Assembly (NCBI RefSeq): GCF_963921235.1
Contig: NC_086109.1
Location: 19,284,001-19,348,000, forward strand
Source: Mobula hypostoma
Lineage: Eukaryota
DNA: 64,000 nt
Direction: 5' to 3'
In this document: one piece after another, positions 1 through 11,919 of the stretch
Layout of the letters: each line of letters starts with the position of its first letter
Numbering within the stretch: the first letter of the stretch is position 1
Notes under the pieces: generated by a model
The model's input: only the letters and a program-made list of their open reading frames with translations
What the model was told of the DNA's origin: nothing
Databases searched by the model: none
Program-made: the position numbers and the translations under genes

Positions 1-70
1 CCAAACCGTCAACTGTACCTCTTCCTATAGATCTGCCTGGCCTGCTGCATTCACCAGCATTTTTTGTGTG
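1..70 (+). repeat. 3' fragment of a Penelope-like terminal repeat, cut by the window edge
   Basis: gtcaactgtacctcttcctatagatctgcctggcctgctgcattcaccagca matches 2882-2935 and 56663-56710. Confidence 0.7.
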
Positions 71-330
71 AGATACAGTGAAATATGCCATTTGCATCAT
101 ATTAAATCAGTGAAGATTGTGCTGGGCAGCCCCGTCCCAACATAGCATGCTCACAACTAACTAACCTTAATCATGTGTCTTTGGAATGTGGGAGGAAACT
201 GGAGGAAATCCATCCAGTTACAGGGAAATTGTATGAACTCCTTAGAGGAAGTGATGGAAATTGAATCCCATCTGGTAATGGTTGGTGCTGCTAAGAGATG
301 TGCTAACCACTACCATACCATGCCGCTCAT
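70..330 (-). mobile_element. V-SINE/HE1-type tRNA-derived SINE, degraded
   Basis: Reverse V-domain core (tctttggaatgtgggaggaaactggag) and tRNA-like head (aattgaatccc...ctaaccactac); same pattern at 690, 6600, 24035, 31290 and 33505. Confidence 0.7.
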
Positions 331-689
331 ATGACAGTGTGTAATGTTTGCAACTGAGTGTGACTTTATTCAAATTCACTCAGAAGTTAATAATCTGCAT
401 GAAAAATCTATCCACAAATAAATGTGGACACACCACAGCTGAGTAAGACTATGAGTCTAGCCGTGTTCATGGAGGCATTTTAATATCACAATGTTAACCC
501 AAACGGTGCTCTTCTCTCTCAACTAACAGTTATGGATTCAAGTCTCTCTGCAAAGACTCAAGCGTGTAGTCTAGACTGAAACATTTGGGTAATGCTGCAT
601 TCTTCCCATTATCAAAAGAACAGAAAGATTTATGAATTTAAAACTTTAGCAATTTATGAATAAGTTGTACACGGGAACATGCAGTGAAT

Positions 690-955
690 TGCATTGCTTG
701 CATCAAATCAGCGAGGATTGTGCTGGGCAGCCCGCTGGCGTCATTGTAATTCCAGCACCGATATCACTTGCCAACAACCCACTGACCCTAAACCTCTGCT
801 TCTGGAATGTGGAAGGAAAGCAGAACATCCGAAAGAAACCGACACATTCACGGGAGATCGTACTAATTCCTTATGGATAGTGGTGGGTATTGAACCCAGA
901 TCTTACAAAGTGGTGCTGTAAAGCGCTGAGCTGACTGCTACGCTCTGTGCCGCTC
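690..955 (-). mobile_element. V-SINE/HE1-type SINE, degraded
   Basis: ggattgtgctgggcagccc shared with the 115-132 copy; ggaatgtggaaggaaa core; attgaaccc is the B box on the minus strand. Confidence 0.65.
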
Positions 956-979
956 ACCCATCGTGCTGTCCACAGAGAA

Positions 980-1400
980 TAAGAGAGTAGGGCCAGGAGT
1001 AGGCCAATCGGCCCCTCTAGCCTGCACTGTTATTCAACATAATGATGGCTGACCTGCCTCGGGCCTTATCTCCTATTCTGTGCCACTTCCCATGCACTCA
1101 GTTCTCCAATATTTCAAATGAGTCCTTAAGTGATCCAGGCTCCACAACTGTCCACGGTAGACAAATACAGGAACGACCACTCTCTGTCAGAACTTCCAGT
1201 GCACTTTGTTTTTCAATAGATGCCCTCTATTTTTGTAGGGATGTCTCCTCATTTAAGATTCTCCCACTGAAGGAAACTCTTCTCTATCTGTCCTGTCATG
1301 CCTGTCAGGATTTAGAGATTTTAGATAATTTTTCTGAATTATTCTTCTTCTAATTCTCATTCTTTTAAACTGCAAAGGTATTGACCCGATTTATTTAAAT
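980..1400 (-). mobile_element. Old CR1 LINE 3' remnant
   Basis: ggagtaggccaatcggcccctctagcctgc...atggctga resembles the reverse complement of the CR1 3' UTR at 10340-10425. Confidence 0.55.
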
Positions 1401-2599
1401 GAGCTGCTGAATGGTGACTCGGTGTGTCTTCTCAGAAGAACATTGGAGATCTGAAAATACTACTCTGAACAAAGTATAGGAGTTCTCCTGGCATGTTAGT
1501 CAAAATTACTGTCACCACCACACAAAGTCAGATTAAATGTCTGTTGTCTCATTGCTTCATATACAGCTACCATATGCAACATGGAGACACCAGGCGAACC
1601 ATAAATCCATGTTGACCAAAATATCCATCTGAGTTTGTGCTAATCCATTGACCTGCATTTGGACCATAGCCTATCAAGCTTTAATAATTAAAGTGTTTGC
1701 CTAGATGCTTATTAAACACTGTGAACAGTTCCTAATGGGTTTGCAAGTTAATAAGGTGCTCTTGAAACGGTTGCACTATCTCAATGTAGCAAACATAGAA
1801 CAAATACTTTGAATGCAATCAGAATCAGAATAAAGTTTAATACCGCTGGCATATGTTGTGAAATTTGTTGATTTGCGGCAGCAGTATAGCAATACATAAC
1901 AACAACAATAAATTACAATAAGAAATATATGTAAAAAATTAAACTAAATAATCAGTGCAAAGGGAGAGAAAAATAGGGAGGTGGTGTTTATGGTTTCATT
2001 GTCAATACAGAAATCTGGTGGCGGAGGGGAAGAAGCTCGTTCTGAAACATTGAGTGTGTGTCTTCAGGCTTCTGCACCTCCTCCTGGATGGTAGTAATGA
2101 GAAGAGGGCATGTCCTGGGTGTTGGGAGTCCTTGATGATGGATGTCACGTTTAAAGGCATCGCCTTTTGAAGATGTCATTGATGCTGAGGAGGCTAGTGC
2201 CCATGATGGAGCTGGATTCACAATTCCTGCAGTTCTTTCCCATCTTGTGCAGACAGTGATGTAACCAGTTAAAAAGCTCTCCGCGGTACATCTGTAGAAA
2301 TTTGTGAGAGTCTTTGGTGACATGCCAATTCTGCTCCAATGCCTAATGAAATATATCCACTATTGTACCATCTTCGTAATTGCATCAACATGTTTGGACC
2401 AGGATAGATCTTCAGTGATGCTGACACCTAGGAACTTGGAACTGCTCACCCTTCCCACTGCTGAACCCTCAGTGAGGATTGGCGTGTGTTCCCTCAGCTT
2501 CCCCTTCTTGAATTCCACAATCAGTTCCTTGGTCGTAATGATATTGAGTGCTAGGTTGTTGTTGCATAACAATCAGGCAGCATCTCTAGGAAGAGGTAC

Positions 2600-2635
2600 A
2601 GTCGATGTTTCGGGCTGCGACCCTTCGTCAGGACT
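2600..2635 (-). ncRNA. Minimal type I hammerhead ribozyme motif (Penelope-borne)
   Basis: Minus strand AGTC-CTGACGA-AGGGTCGCAGCCC-GAAA-CATC-GACT: CUGANGA and GAAA boxes, GGG/CCC stem II, AGTC/GACT stem I; stem III has a C-A mismatch. Confidence 0.65.
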
Positions 2636-2852
2636 AACTGAAAGAAGAGCTAGTAAGAGATTTGAAAGTGGGAGGGGGAGTGCCTCCTGTCCTTCTCCCT
2701 AGGCCTCCTGTCCCATGATCCTCTCATATCCCTTTTGCCAATCAACTGTCCAGCTCTTGGCTCCATCCCTCCCCCTCTTGTCTTCTCCTATCATTTTGGA
2801 TCTCCCCCTCCCCTTCCCACTTTCAAATCTCTTACTAGCTCTTCTTTCAGTT

Positions 2853-2888
2853 AGTCCTGATGAAGGGTCTAGGCCCGAAACATCAACT
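2853..2888 (+). ncRNA. Minimal type I hammerhead ribozyme motif (CpG-decayed)
   Basis: AGTC-CTGATGA-AGGGTCTAGGCCC-GAAA-CATC-AACT. Confidence 0.6.
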
Positions 2889-5695
2889 GCACCTCTTCCT
2901 AGAGATGCTGCCTGGCCTGCTGCATTCACCAGCAACCTTGATGTGTGTTGTTTGAATTTCCAGCATCTGCAGATTTCCTCGTGTACGCAGTTGATCTACT
3001 GTATCTCGCTTCTGTGAATTTCCTCATCACCATCTGAAATTCTGCCTACATCAGCAAATTTATAGATGGTGCTTGAGCTGTGCCTAGCCATACAGTCATG
3101 GTGTAGAAAGAATAGAGCAGTAGGATTAGCTCACATCCTTGAGGTGCACCAGTGTTGATTGTCAGTGAGAGAAGATGTTAAATCCAATCTACACTGAGGA
3201 AGTAAAGGGTCCTATTGCAGGGGGAGGTACAGAGGCTCGGTTTTATAACTTGCTGATTAGAAATGAGGATATGACTGTGTTGAACACTGAGCTATCGTCA
3301 ATAAACAGCAGCCTGATGTAGGTGTTGCTATTGTCCAGGTGATCCAAGGTTGAGTAGAGAGCCAGTGAGATTGCATCCATTGTAGACCCATTGTGTTGAC
3401 AGGGAAATTTCAGTGGGTCCAGGCCCCTGCTTAGGCAGGAGTTGATTCTGGCTCGGACCAATGTCTCAAAGCCCTTCATCACAGTAGATGTGAAAGCCAC
3501 TGGGCAAAATTCATTGAGGCAGCTCACCTTGCTCTTCTTGGCCACTGGTATGATTGTTGCCCTTTTGAAGTAGGTGGAATCTCTGACTGCAGTAGTGAGA
3601 GATTGAAGACATCCTTGAGTATTTCCACCTCAACCAGTTGGCTGGCACAGGTTTTCAGTGCCCTTCTAGGTACATCATCAGGGACTAACACCTTTCAAGG
3701 TTTCATTGGCCTCCGAGACAGAGATCACAGGTTACCAGATGCTGCAGGGATTCTGACAGGTGTGCATACAAGGCATTGAGCGCACCTGGAGGTGAAGCAT
3801 CACAGCCTTTCATGTTGTAAACTTTCACTTTGGAGGAAATAAAGACCTGCAGACCCTGCCAGAGCAGATGTGCATCCAATTCCATCTCTAACTTATTTTT
3901 TTTGCTCTTAAAATAGAACTCTGGGGGTCATACCTGGATTTCTTGTATGTTGTACAGTTCTGGACTACCCCTTTTGAATACCACCGATCTAGGCTTCAGC
4001 AGACTATAAATCCCCTGGTTCAACCATGCCTTTGGGTTGGGCTTTGGCTGGCGTGCTCTCAAAAGCACACACTCATCCACACTGGTCTTGATGAAGTCAG
4101 TGACAGCTCTGGCATATTCATTCTGATCTGAAGATGAAGACCTGACTATAGTCTAGTCCACCGACTCATAGCAGTCCGGTAAGCACTCCTCTACCTCCTT
4201 TGACGATATTATCTTGGTCCTCACCACCAGTGCTGCAGTCTTTAGGCTCTGCCTATACGACAGGAGTAGAAGTATAACCAGGTGATTGGACTTTTCAAAG
4301 TATGGCAGTGGAGTGACATGGTAAGCATGCTAGATGGTGGTCAAGTGTGTTGCCTCCTCTGGTTCCACAGGTGATATGTTGGAGGTAGTTGTTCAGAGAC
4401 TTCTTCGAGTAGGTCAGACTGAAATCCCCCACAGCATTAGGGTATGCTGCTTCGTGACTATTTATCACAGTGCACAGCTCCTCCATCATCTGCCTGACAT
4501 TGGCCTGAGGTGGAATGTACATCGTAAACTCCCTCAGCAGATAAAATGAATGACATTTCACCACTACGTGTTCCAGGTCAGGTGAACAGGATTGGGGCCG
4601 AACCACCACATCTCTACACTATGGTGAGTTAATCATAAACTATACTTCCCCCCGCCCCTCTTCTACCTTTAAAAGACTGAACTGTTGTCTTGGAGAGAAT
4701 GATGAAACCATTGGGATGCAGGACTGTCAGAAATGACGTGAGTTAACCATGTTTCCATGAAGCAAAGTACACAGCAGTCCCTGATGTCCCTCTGGTGCAA
4801 TCTTGTTGTGAGGTCTTCAATTTTATTTTCCAGAGATGGTACATTCACCAACAGGATGGTTAGGACTGGGAGACTAAAACCTTTGCATTTCAATAGTTCC
4901 TATAAAATAATGCGCCATTCTCACTTCCATTTTCATAAAAGGGAATTGCACTCGCAATCCAAGTCTGCAGTCCAGGATCCATTGACTTTGAGTCTTAACA
5001 CTATGTCGCTTACTGAAGTACTCATGGCTGTGACTGAGGATTTCAGCTGTAGTAGTCCGCAGTGGGAATGTTTGATGATTCTTATTGGAGCTTCACACAG
5101 AGAATCACAACTTACCAATGCCATTTTGAAGCTGAGCCTCTGCCAAACTTTCCTAAGTAATTAAGATCACTTGTCCTCATGAAATTATTGTTAGGACACT
5201 GGGCTCAGCAGCTAAGTCTCAAGAGGCTCTGTGCATTTGTGTTTGATGGACCTGGTGGGCTTACCATCTGAGTGGTTAGCAGAGTCACCAGTGCCACCCA
5301 CTCCCTCCTCTGTTTCAAGATCAGATAATTTTACTTCGAAATTTGAAATGCTATTAACTTTCCCTACAGAGTGCCATACCACTAAATGCTTTTGAAATCC
5401 TTTTAAGGCGATTGGAGGAAAGTATAAGGGCATGTCAAAGGTACTACATTTTTTTTACACAGCGAATAATCAGTGCATGGAACGCACTGCCGGAGGTGGT
5501 GGTAGAAATTGATTACTTAGGGACATTTAAGAGAACCTTAGATAGGCCAATTATATTAGAATAGATTCATTTTATTTGTCACATGTACATCAAATCATCA
5601 AAGCATACTGTGAAATGTACCAGAGGCAATGGAACTGAGAGGTAGCTGATTAGCCAATTAGATTAGATTAGATTAGCTTTATTTATCATGTGTAC

Positions 5696-5761
5696 AGTAC
5701 TGTGCAAAAGATTTAGGCACAAATATATACCTAGAGTGCCTAAGATTTTTACACCCTACTG
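5696..5761. repeat. Short palindromic Tc1/mariner-type MITE (two facing ~26-bp TIRs) within a composite repeat (~5655-6170)
   Basis: cagtactgtgcaaaagatttaggcac ... gtgcctaagatttttacaccctactg, preceded by TA; a third TIR copy at 6135-6160. Confidence 0.55.
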
Positions 5762-6184
5762 TTTTTGTCAACATGGAGCAGAGTGCGAGTTTGTAAATCT
5801 GGCAGGAGCAAAGGAGGTTGGGAATGGCAAGGATGGAGTACTGTGGGAAGGGTGTGGGACAGGTGGAAGAGAAGGAGTGCCAGGGCAGGGAGTGGTGTGG
5901 GTGCAGACACACCCAGATACGAGGCATCAGGAAAGCTCATTTGATTCCAAACAATTGGCTTGTTGATCAATACAGAATATCTTTCTGGTGCTTCCTGCTC
6001 CCTCCCCTCTACCTTCCCCTTTACCCAACCATGATTGCCTGCCTCCTTCCCGCTCTCAGTCGACAACAGAGACGTGTCATGAAATGTGTTGTTTTTTTTG
6101 TGGCAGCAGTTCAGTGTAATACATAAAATTACTACAGTACTGTGGAAAGGTCTTAGGCACCCTAGTCATAAATCATAAATCAGC

Positions 6185-6585
6185 AAGTTGCTTGTTATGT
6201 CTCCCCTCTCGCTGTGAAACGGGGACACCTCTTTTATCCCTTATTAGGAAGAAAGAGACAGCCTGTGGTATGGTGAATTACTGGGTGAACGAGTAGTCTT
6301 TGGGGTATGCAAGTCTGTGTCCTTATTGATGCTTTGCTGCACGCTTGAGTGCTCGGTGGAGGGTGTCAATACTTTTTTGCTGCTGGGGGGTGTCATTGTC
6401 TTGCTGCTGCTTGTACGTGGGAGGGGGGAGCTGGAGAGGTGGGATTTGGGGTTCTAATGTTTAATTGTCGTTCATGCTTTGGGGCACTCCTCTGTTTTCG
6501 TGAATGTTTGTGATGAAAAGGAATTTCTGGATGTATATTGTATACATTTCTCTGACATTCAATGCACATATTGAATACCTGTTGA
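6185..6585 (+). repeat. ~400-bp dispersed non-coding repeat, copy 1
   Basis: Aligns end to end with 23500-23905 (aagttgct...tctcccctctcgctgtgaa...ggatgtatattgtata...ttgaa tail). Confidence 0.75.
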
Positions 6586-6599
6586 ATATGTGCCGAAGA

Positions 6600-6900
6600 C
6601 TTTTCCACGGTACACGTACATCAAAACATACGGTGAAGTGTGCTGTTTGGCATCAATGACCCACACAATCCAAAGATTGTTCTGGAGGCAGTCTATAAGT
6701 GTCACCACACTTCTGGCACTGACAAAGCATGCTCGTAACTCACTAACCCTAACTGTGCATCTTTGGAATGGGGGAGGAAACCAGTGCCCCCAGAGTAAAC
6801 TGGACAAATGTCTTATAGACAGCAGTGGAAATTGAACCCCAATGGGTGATCACCAGCAAAGTAATGTGATGTATTAACCACTACACTACCGTGCCACCCC
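6600..6900 (-). mobile_element. V-SINE/HE1-type SINE
   Basis: ctttggaatgggggaggaaaccag core; cagcagtggaaattgaaccc...aaccactacactaccgtgcc head. Confidence 0.7.
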
Positions 6901-7569
6901 AATTGTTCACTGTTACTGCCTGTTTATTAAATAGCTAAATGATATTTCCTGTATGTTTAATCTTGACTTTGCATCCATTAATTCCACTAAAGCTTGATAG
7001 TGATGATGATTAATGCAAATTTCTACAAGGTTACCTTAAGGTTTGGGAGAGTTTGAATGAGCAATAAACACTGTATGTCGAAGCCATTATGGTCCAACAC
7101 AATGTGCTGTTCAGGCAGGTGTTGTAGATATGGATCCACTTAAAAGAGACTCCTCCAAACTTGAGGTGAGTGTAGCTATCCACACCAGGTCAGGTGCCTG
7201 AATGTTGTAGAGTAATAACTGCTCCTAAACTTGCTGTTGTGGGACATAAGCTTCTGTACCCTTCCCTATGGTAGTAGCTCTTGCCCAATAGTAAATTAAG
7301 ATTCCCATCTAAGATAGTCCCATTTCCCACATTTGGCCTGAGTCCAAACCTTTCCTATCCATGTACTTGTCCAAGTGTCTTTCAGAATTTGTTAATATAT
7401 CTACTTCAACTACTTCCTCTGGATATTACATTTGCAAGGGCAGGCAGGGAAAGTTGTGATTGTGTCCTTCAGAACAGAGAAGGTTAAGGAGCAATTAAAA
7501 TGGATTTTCAATATTTGCAGACGCTTTGTTGGAATTCATCGTAAAATTAGCAGGATGGTCATAACTCCT

Positions 7570-10430
7570 GCATAAGAAATAAGGTGGATGAACTTGTTGT
7601 ACAGCTACAGATTGGCAGGTATGATATTGTGGCCATCACTGAGACCTGGCTAAAGGATGCATGTCTCTGGGAGCTGAACGTCCAAGGATACACGGTGTAT
7701 CGGAAGGATAGGAAGGTAGGCAGAGGGGGAGGCGTGGCTTTATTGGTAAGAAATGATATTAAATCATTAGAAAGAGGTGATATAGGATCGGAAGGTGCAG
7801 AATCTTTATGGGTTGAGCTAAGGAATAGCAGGGGTAAAAGGACCCTGATGGCAGTTATTTATAGGCCTCCAAACAGCTGCAGGGATGTGGACTACAAATT
7901 ACAACTGGAAATAGAAAAGGCTTGTCAGAAGGGCAGTGTTCTGATAATTGTGGGGGATTTTAACATGCGAGTAGATTGGAAAAAAATCAGGTCGGCACTG
8001 GATCTCAAGAGAGAGAATTTGTAGAATGTCTGCGAGATGGCTTTTTAGAACAGCTTGTTGTTGAGCCCACTAGGGGATCGGCTGTACTGGATTGGGTATT
8101 GTGTAATGAACCAGAGGTGATTGGAGAGATTGAGGTGAAGGAACCCTTAGGAGGCAGTGATCATAACATGATTGAGTTCACTGTGAAATTAGAAAAAGAG
8201 AAGCCGAAATCTGATGTGTCAGTGTTTCAGTGGAGTAAAGGAAACTACAGTGGCATGAGAGAGGAACTGGCCAAAGTTGACTGGAAAGAGACACTGGCGG
8301 GAAAGGCGGCAGAGCAGCAGTGGCTGGAGTTTATGTGAGAAATGAGGAATGTGCAAGACAGGTATATTCCAAAAAAGAAGAAATTTTCAAGTGGAAAAAG
8401 GATGCAACCTTGGTTGACAAGAGAAGTCAAAGCCAAAGTTAAAGCTAAGGAGAGGGCATACAAGGAAGCAAAAATTAGTGGGAAGACAGAGGATTGGGAA
8501 GTCTTTAAAACCTTACAAAAGGAAACCAAGAAGGTCATTAAGCGAGAAAAGATTAACTATGAAAGGAAACTAGCAAATAATATCAAAGAGGATACTAAAA
8601 GCTTTTTCAAGTATATAAAGAGTAAAAGACAGGTGAAAGTAGATATAGGACCAATAGAAAATGATACTGGAGAAATTGTAATGGGAGATGAGGAGATGGC
8701 AGAGGAACTGAACAAGTATTTTGCATCAGTCTTCACTGAGGAAGACAGCAGGAATCCGGACACTCAAGGGTGGCAGGGAAGAGAAGTGTGCGCAGTCACA
8801 ATTACGACAGAGAAAGTACTCAGGAAGCTTAACAGGCTAAAGGTCGATAAATCTCCTGGACCAGATGGAATGCACCCTCGTGTTCTGAAGGAAGTAGCTG
8901 TGGAGATTGCGGAGGCATTAGCGATGATCTTTCAGAAGTCGATAGATTCTGGCATGGTTCCGGAAGACTGGAAGATTGCAAATGTCACTCCGCTATTTAA
9001 GAAGGGGGCAAGGAAGCAAAAAGGAAATTATAGACCTGTTAGCTTGACATCCGTGGTTGGGAAGTTGTTGGAGTCGATTGTCAAGGATGAGGTTACAGAG
9101 TACCTGGAGGCATATGACAAGATAGGCAGAACTCAGCATGGATTCCTTAAAGGAAAATCCTGCCTGACAAACCTATTACAATTTTTTGAGGAAATTACCA
9201 GTAGGCTAGACAAGGGAGATGCAGTGGATGTTGTATATTTGGATTTTCAGAAGGCCTTTGACAAGGTGCCACACATGAGGCTGCTTAACAAGATAAGAGC
9301 CCATGGAATTACAGGAAAATTACATACATGGATAGAGCATTGGCTGATTGGCAGGGAACAGAGAGTGGGAATAATGGGATTCTATTCTGGTTGGCTGCCG
9401 GTTACCAGTGGTGTTCCACAGGGATCAGTGTTGGGGCCGCTTCTTTTTACATTGTACATCAACGATTTGGATTATGGAATAGATGGCTTTGTGGCTAAGT
9501 TTGCTGACGATACAAAGATAGGTGGAGGGGCCGGTAGTGCTGAGGAAACGGAGAGTCTGCAGAGAGACTTGGATAGATTGGAAGAATGGGCAGAGAAGCG
9601 GCAAATGAAGTACAATGTTGGAAAGTGTATGGTTATGCACTTTGGCAGAAAAAATAAATGGGCAGACTATTATTTAAATGGGGAAAGAATTCAAAGTTCT
9701 GAGATGCAACGGGACTTGGGAGTCCTCGTACAGGATTCCCTTAAAGTTAACCTCCAGGTTGAGTCGGTAGTGAAGAAAGCGAATGCAATGTTGGCATTCA
9801 TTTCTAGAGGAATAGAGTATAGGAGCAGGGATGTGATGTTGAGGCTCTACAAGGCGCTGGTGAGACCTCACTTGGAGTACTGTGGGCAGTTTTGGTCTCC
9901 TTATTTAAGAAAGGATGTGCTGACGTTGGAGAGGGTACAGAGAAGATTCACTAGAATGATTCCGGGAATGAGAGGGTTAACATATGAGGAACGTTTGTCC
10001 GCTCTTGGACTGTATTCCTGGGAGTTTAGAAGAATGAGGGGAGACCTCATAGAAACATTTCGAATGTTAAAAGGCATGGACAGAGTGGATGTGGCAAAGT
10101 TGTTTCCCATGATGGGGGAGTCTAGTACGAGAGGGCATGACTTCAGGATTGAAGGGCACCCTTTCAGAACAGAAGTGCGAAAAAATTTTTTTACTCAGAG
10201 GGTGGTGAATCTATGGAATTTGTTGCCACGGGCAGCAGTGAAGGCCAAGTCATTGGGTGTATTTAAGGCAGAGATTGATAGGTATCTGAGTAGCCAGGGC
10301 ATCAAAGGTTATGGTGAGAAGGCGGGGCAGTGGGACTAAATAGGATAAAATGGATCAGCTCATGATAAAATGGCGGAGCAGACTCGATGGGCCAAATGGT
10401 CTACTTCTGCTCCTTTGTCTTATGGTCTAA
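7570..10430 (+). mobile_element. Young CR1 LINE, 5'-truncated at the start of ORF2, inserted into an older CR1 remnant
   Basis: APE plus RT ORF2, CR1 3' UTR ending tctgctcctttgtcttatggtc, possible TSD taactc (7562-7567 and 10428-10433). Confidence 0.95.
7584..10339 (+). pseudogene. CR1 ORF2 (APE endonuclease and reverse transcriptase) with two lesions
   Basis: ITETW, YRPP, GDFN and SDH motifs; a 665-aa open segment with KSPGPDG, NYRPVSLTS, LDFQKAFDKV, GVPQGSVLGP and FADD. Frameshift in the A-run near 7980 and TGA at 8336-8338. Confidence 0.93.
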
Positions 10431-10625
10431 CTCAGGGGTCAGTTCACCACATAGATCAAAAGGAAGAATGATGTGAATTGCTTTTCACAGAAAGAATGTG
10501 CTGCCGGAAAAGAAGGTGAAAGCAGCAACACAAGTTGATTTCCAAATGGCTTGACTAAATACATGAAACAGAAATGTTTGAATGGTTTTAGGAAATGTTG
10601 AGGGTACACAGATTAATTGGATGGA

Positions 10626-10941
10626 TAAATAAATAAAGGCATCCGTTAGTCTTGCGAGACCATGGATCTGTGCCTGGAAAGTCTTCACTCTCCAGGGCGC
10701 AGGCCTGGGCAAGGTTGTATGGAAGACCAGCAGTTGCCCATGCTGCAAGTCTCCCCTCTCCACGACACCAATGTTATCCAAAGGAAGGGCATTAGGACCC
10801 ATACAGCTTGGCACCAGTGTCGCCACAGAGCACTGTGTTGTTAAGTGCCTTGCTCAAGGATACAACATGCTGCCTCAGCTAGGGCTCGAACTCACGACCT
10901 TCAGATTGCTAGTCGAATGCCTTAACCATGGCCATGTGCCC
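10626..10941 (-). mobile_element. Apparently full-length tRNA-derived SINE (not V-SINE type) with a (TTTA)n tail
   Basis: Minus strand starts gggcacatggccatggttaaggc (A box) ... gagttcgagccc (B box), then tccttgagcaaggcacttaac, a hairpin-rich body and tttatttattta. Confidence 0.8.
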
Positions 10942-11399
10942 ACAATTGGATTAATATTGCAGGGGTTTTGACAATTCTGTGATATTTTCTTTTCCTTTCA
11001 GTCACTGTCTTGGTATATATTCAGGTACTATATTCTAGAACTCCCTTTTCATTTAATTAGGAGAGATTCATTTCAAAATATTAAGAGTCAAAGTTTCTGG
11101 CATCACATCATAATGGACCTTAACAACCTGTTGCATTTATTGAGGCTGACTTAATGTCACACAACCGTGAAAGACTTATTTTTCACCCAATTATTGTCAG
11201 ACAAAGAACAACTCATGCTGCCACCTGACTGCATCTTCCCAAATTCCCTCTCCAGCAAAAAAAAAGTTCCTAATTCTGTTATAATCATCCAACTTGTAGG
11301 CAGTTCTGTCAGCTGGTGCAACAAATCCCTCTCAAACTTATTTGACAGAATGGCTTTAAAAGAAATCATGGATGTAAAAGTGCAAAAGAAATAAAAATA

Positions 11400-11626
11400 G
11401 AAAGTGTATTTTTTAAGTGGCAAGAGCCTGCAAAGTATTGACATTCATAGGGACCTGAGTGTCCTTGCATGAAAATCATTAAAAGTTGACATGCAGGTAC
11501 AGCCACCAATTAGGAAGGCAAACAATATATTGGCCTATACTGAATGAAGATTTGAGTACAAGTGTAGAGGTGTCTTGCTTCAATTATATAGGTCCCTGAT
11601 GTGACTGCTTCTGGATTATTGTATAT
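11400..11626 (+). mobile_element. Old CR1 RT remnant, target of the Gypsy insertion; probably continues at ~16570-16990
   Basis: gggacctgagtgtccttg...aattaggaaggcaaac...ttggcc resembles 9711-9880. Confidence 0.6.
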
Positions 11627-11900
11627 TGTAGCGATGTGCTACACACAGCGCTAGAATAACCACACAGAGTCGGTGAGTTAGAGTTGCGATGAAAGAGATT
11701 TATTCAAACTTCGCGGCCGGCTTTAAAGCCTTCCCGTTCCCGCCCTCCCTGGGCGGGACTACTGTAGGGAATGTATATTCCCAGACCCTTTCTGCGCGCG
11801 GGATTTCCCCCCTGCTGGTGAAGATGGCCTGGCGCCCTTTTTGCTGCCTGTGCGCGCTGTTGTGAGCCGGTTCGTGTGTGCCAGAAAGTGGGTCGCCACA
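11627..11900 (-). repeat. Gypsy 3' LTR (274 bp)
   Basis: Direct repeat of 15623-15908; abuts the PPT; AATAAA on the minus strand near 11700. Confidence 0.96.
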
Positions 11901-11903
11901 TAA

Positions 11904-11915
11904 CCCCCCCCCCCC
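11904..11915 (-). other. Polypurine tract
   Basis: G run on the minus strand, 3 nt before the TG of the 3' LTR. Confidence 0.85.
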
Positions 11916-11919
11916 AGAA

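Larger units (their letters stand above)
2574..2983. mobile_element. Penelope-like insertion with a partial inverted terminal repeat, nested in the Rex1 LINE
   Basis: 2574-2680 is the reverse complement of about 2805-2914; the plus part matches 56465-56710; LINE sequence resumes on both sides. Confidence 0.8.
1817..5130 (-). mobile_element. Rex1/Babar-type non-LTR retrotransposon, near full length, decayed
   Basis: Colinear ORF fragments: APE (LLVNVPSLENKIEDL..CVLCFMETWLT; YIPP; TRGGNTLDH), RT (CLNEFCPVAFTSTVMKGFE; RLLFIDDSSVFNTV; TKELIVEF; KFLGV; TLTNFYRC). (ATTCTG)n 3' tail at 1817-1831. Many stops and frameshifts. Confidence 0.8.

Noticed and set aside
10870..10941. tRNA-like sequence with A and B boxes
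   Set aside because: It is the head of a SINE, not a tRNA gene; the same applies to the V-SINE heads
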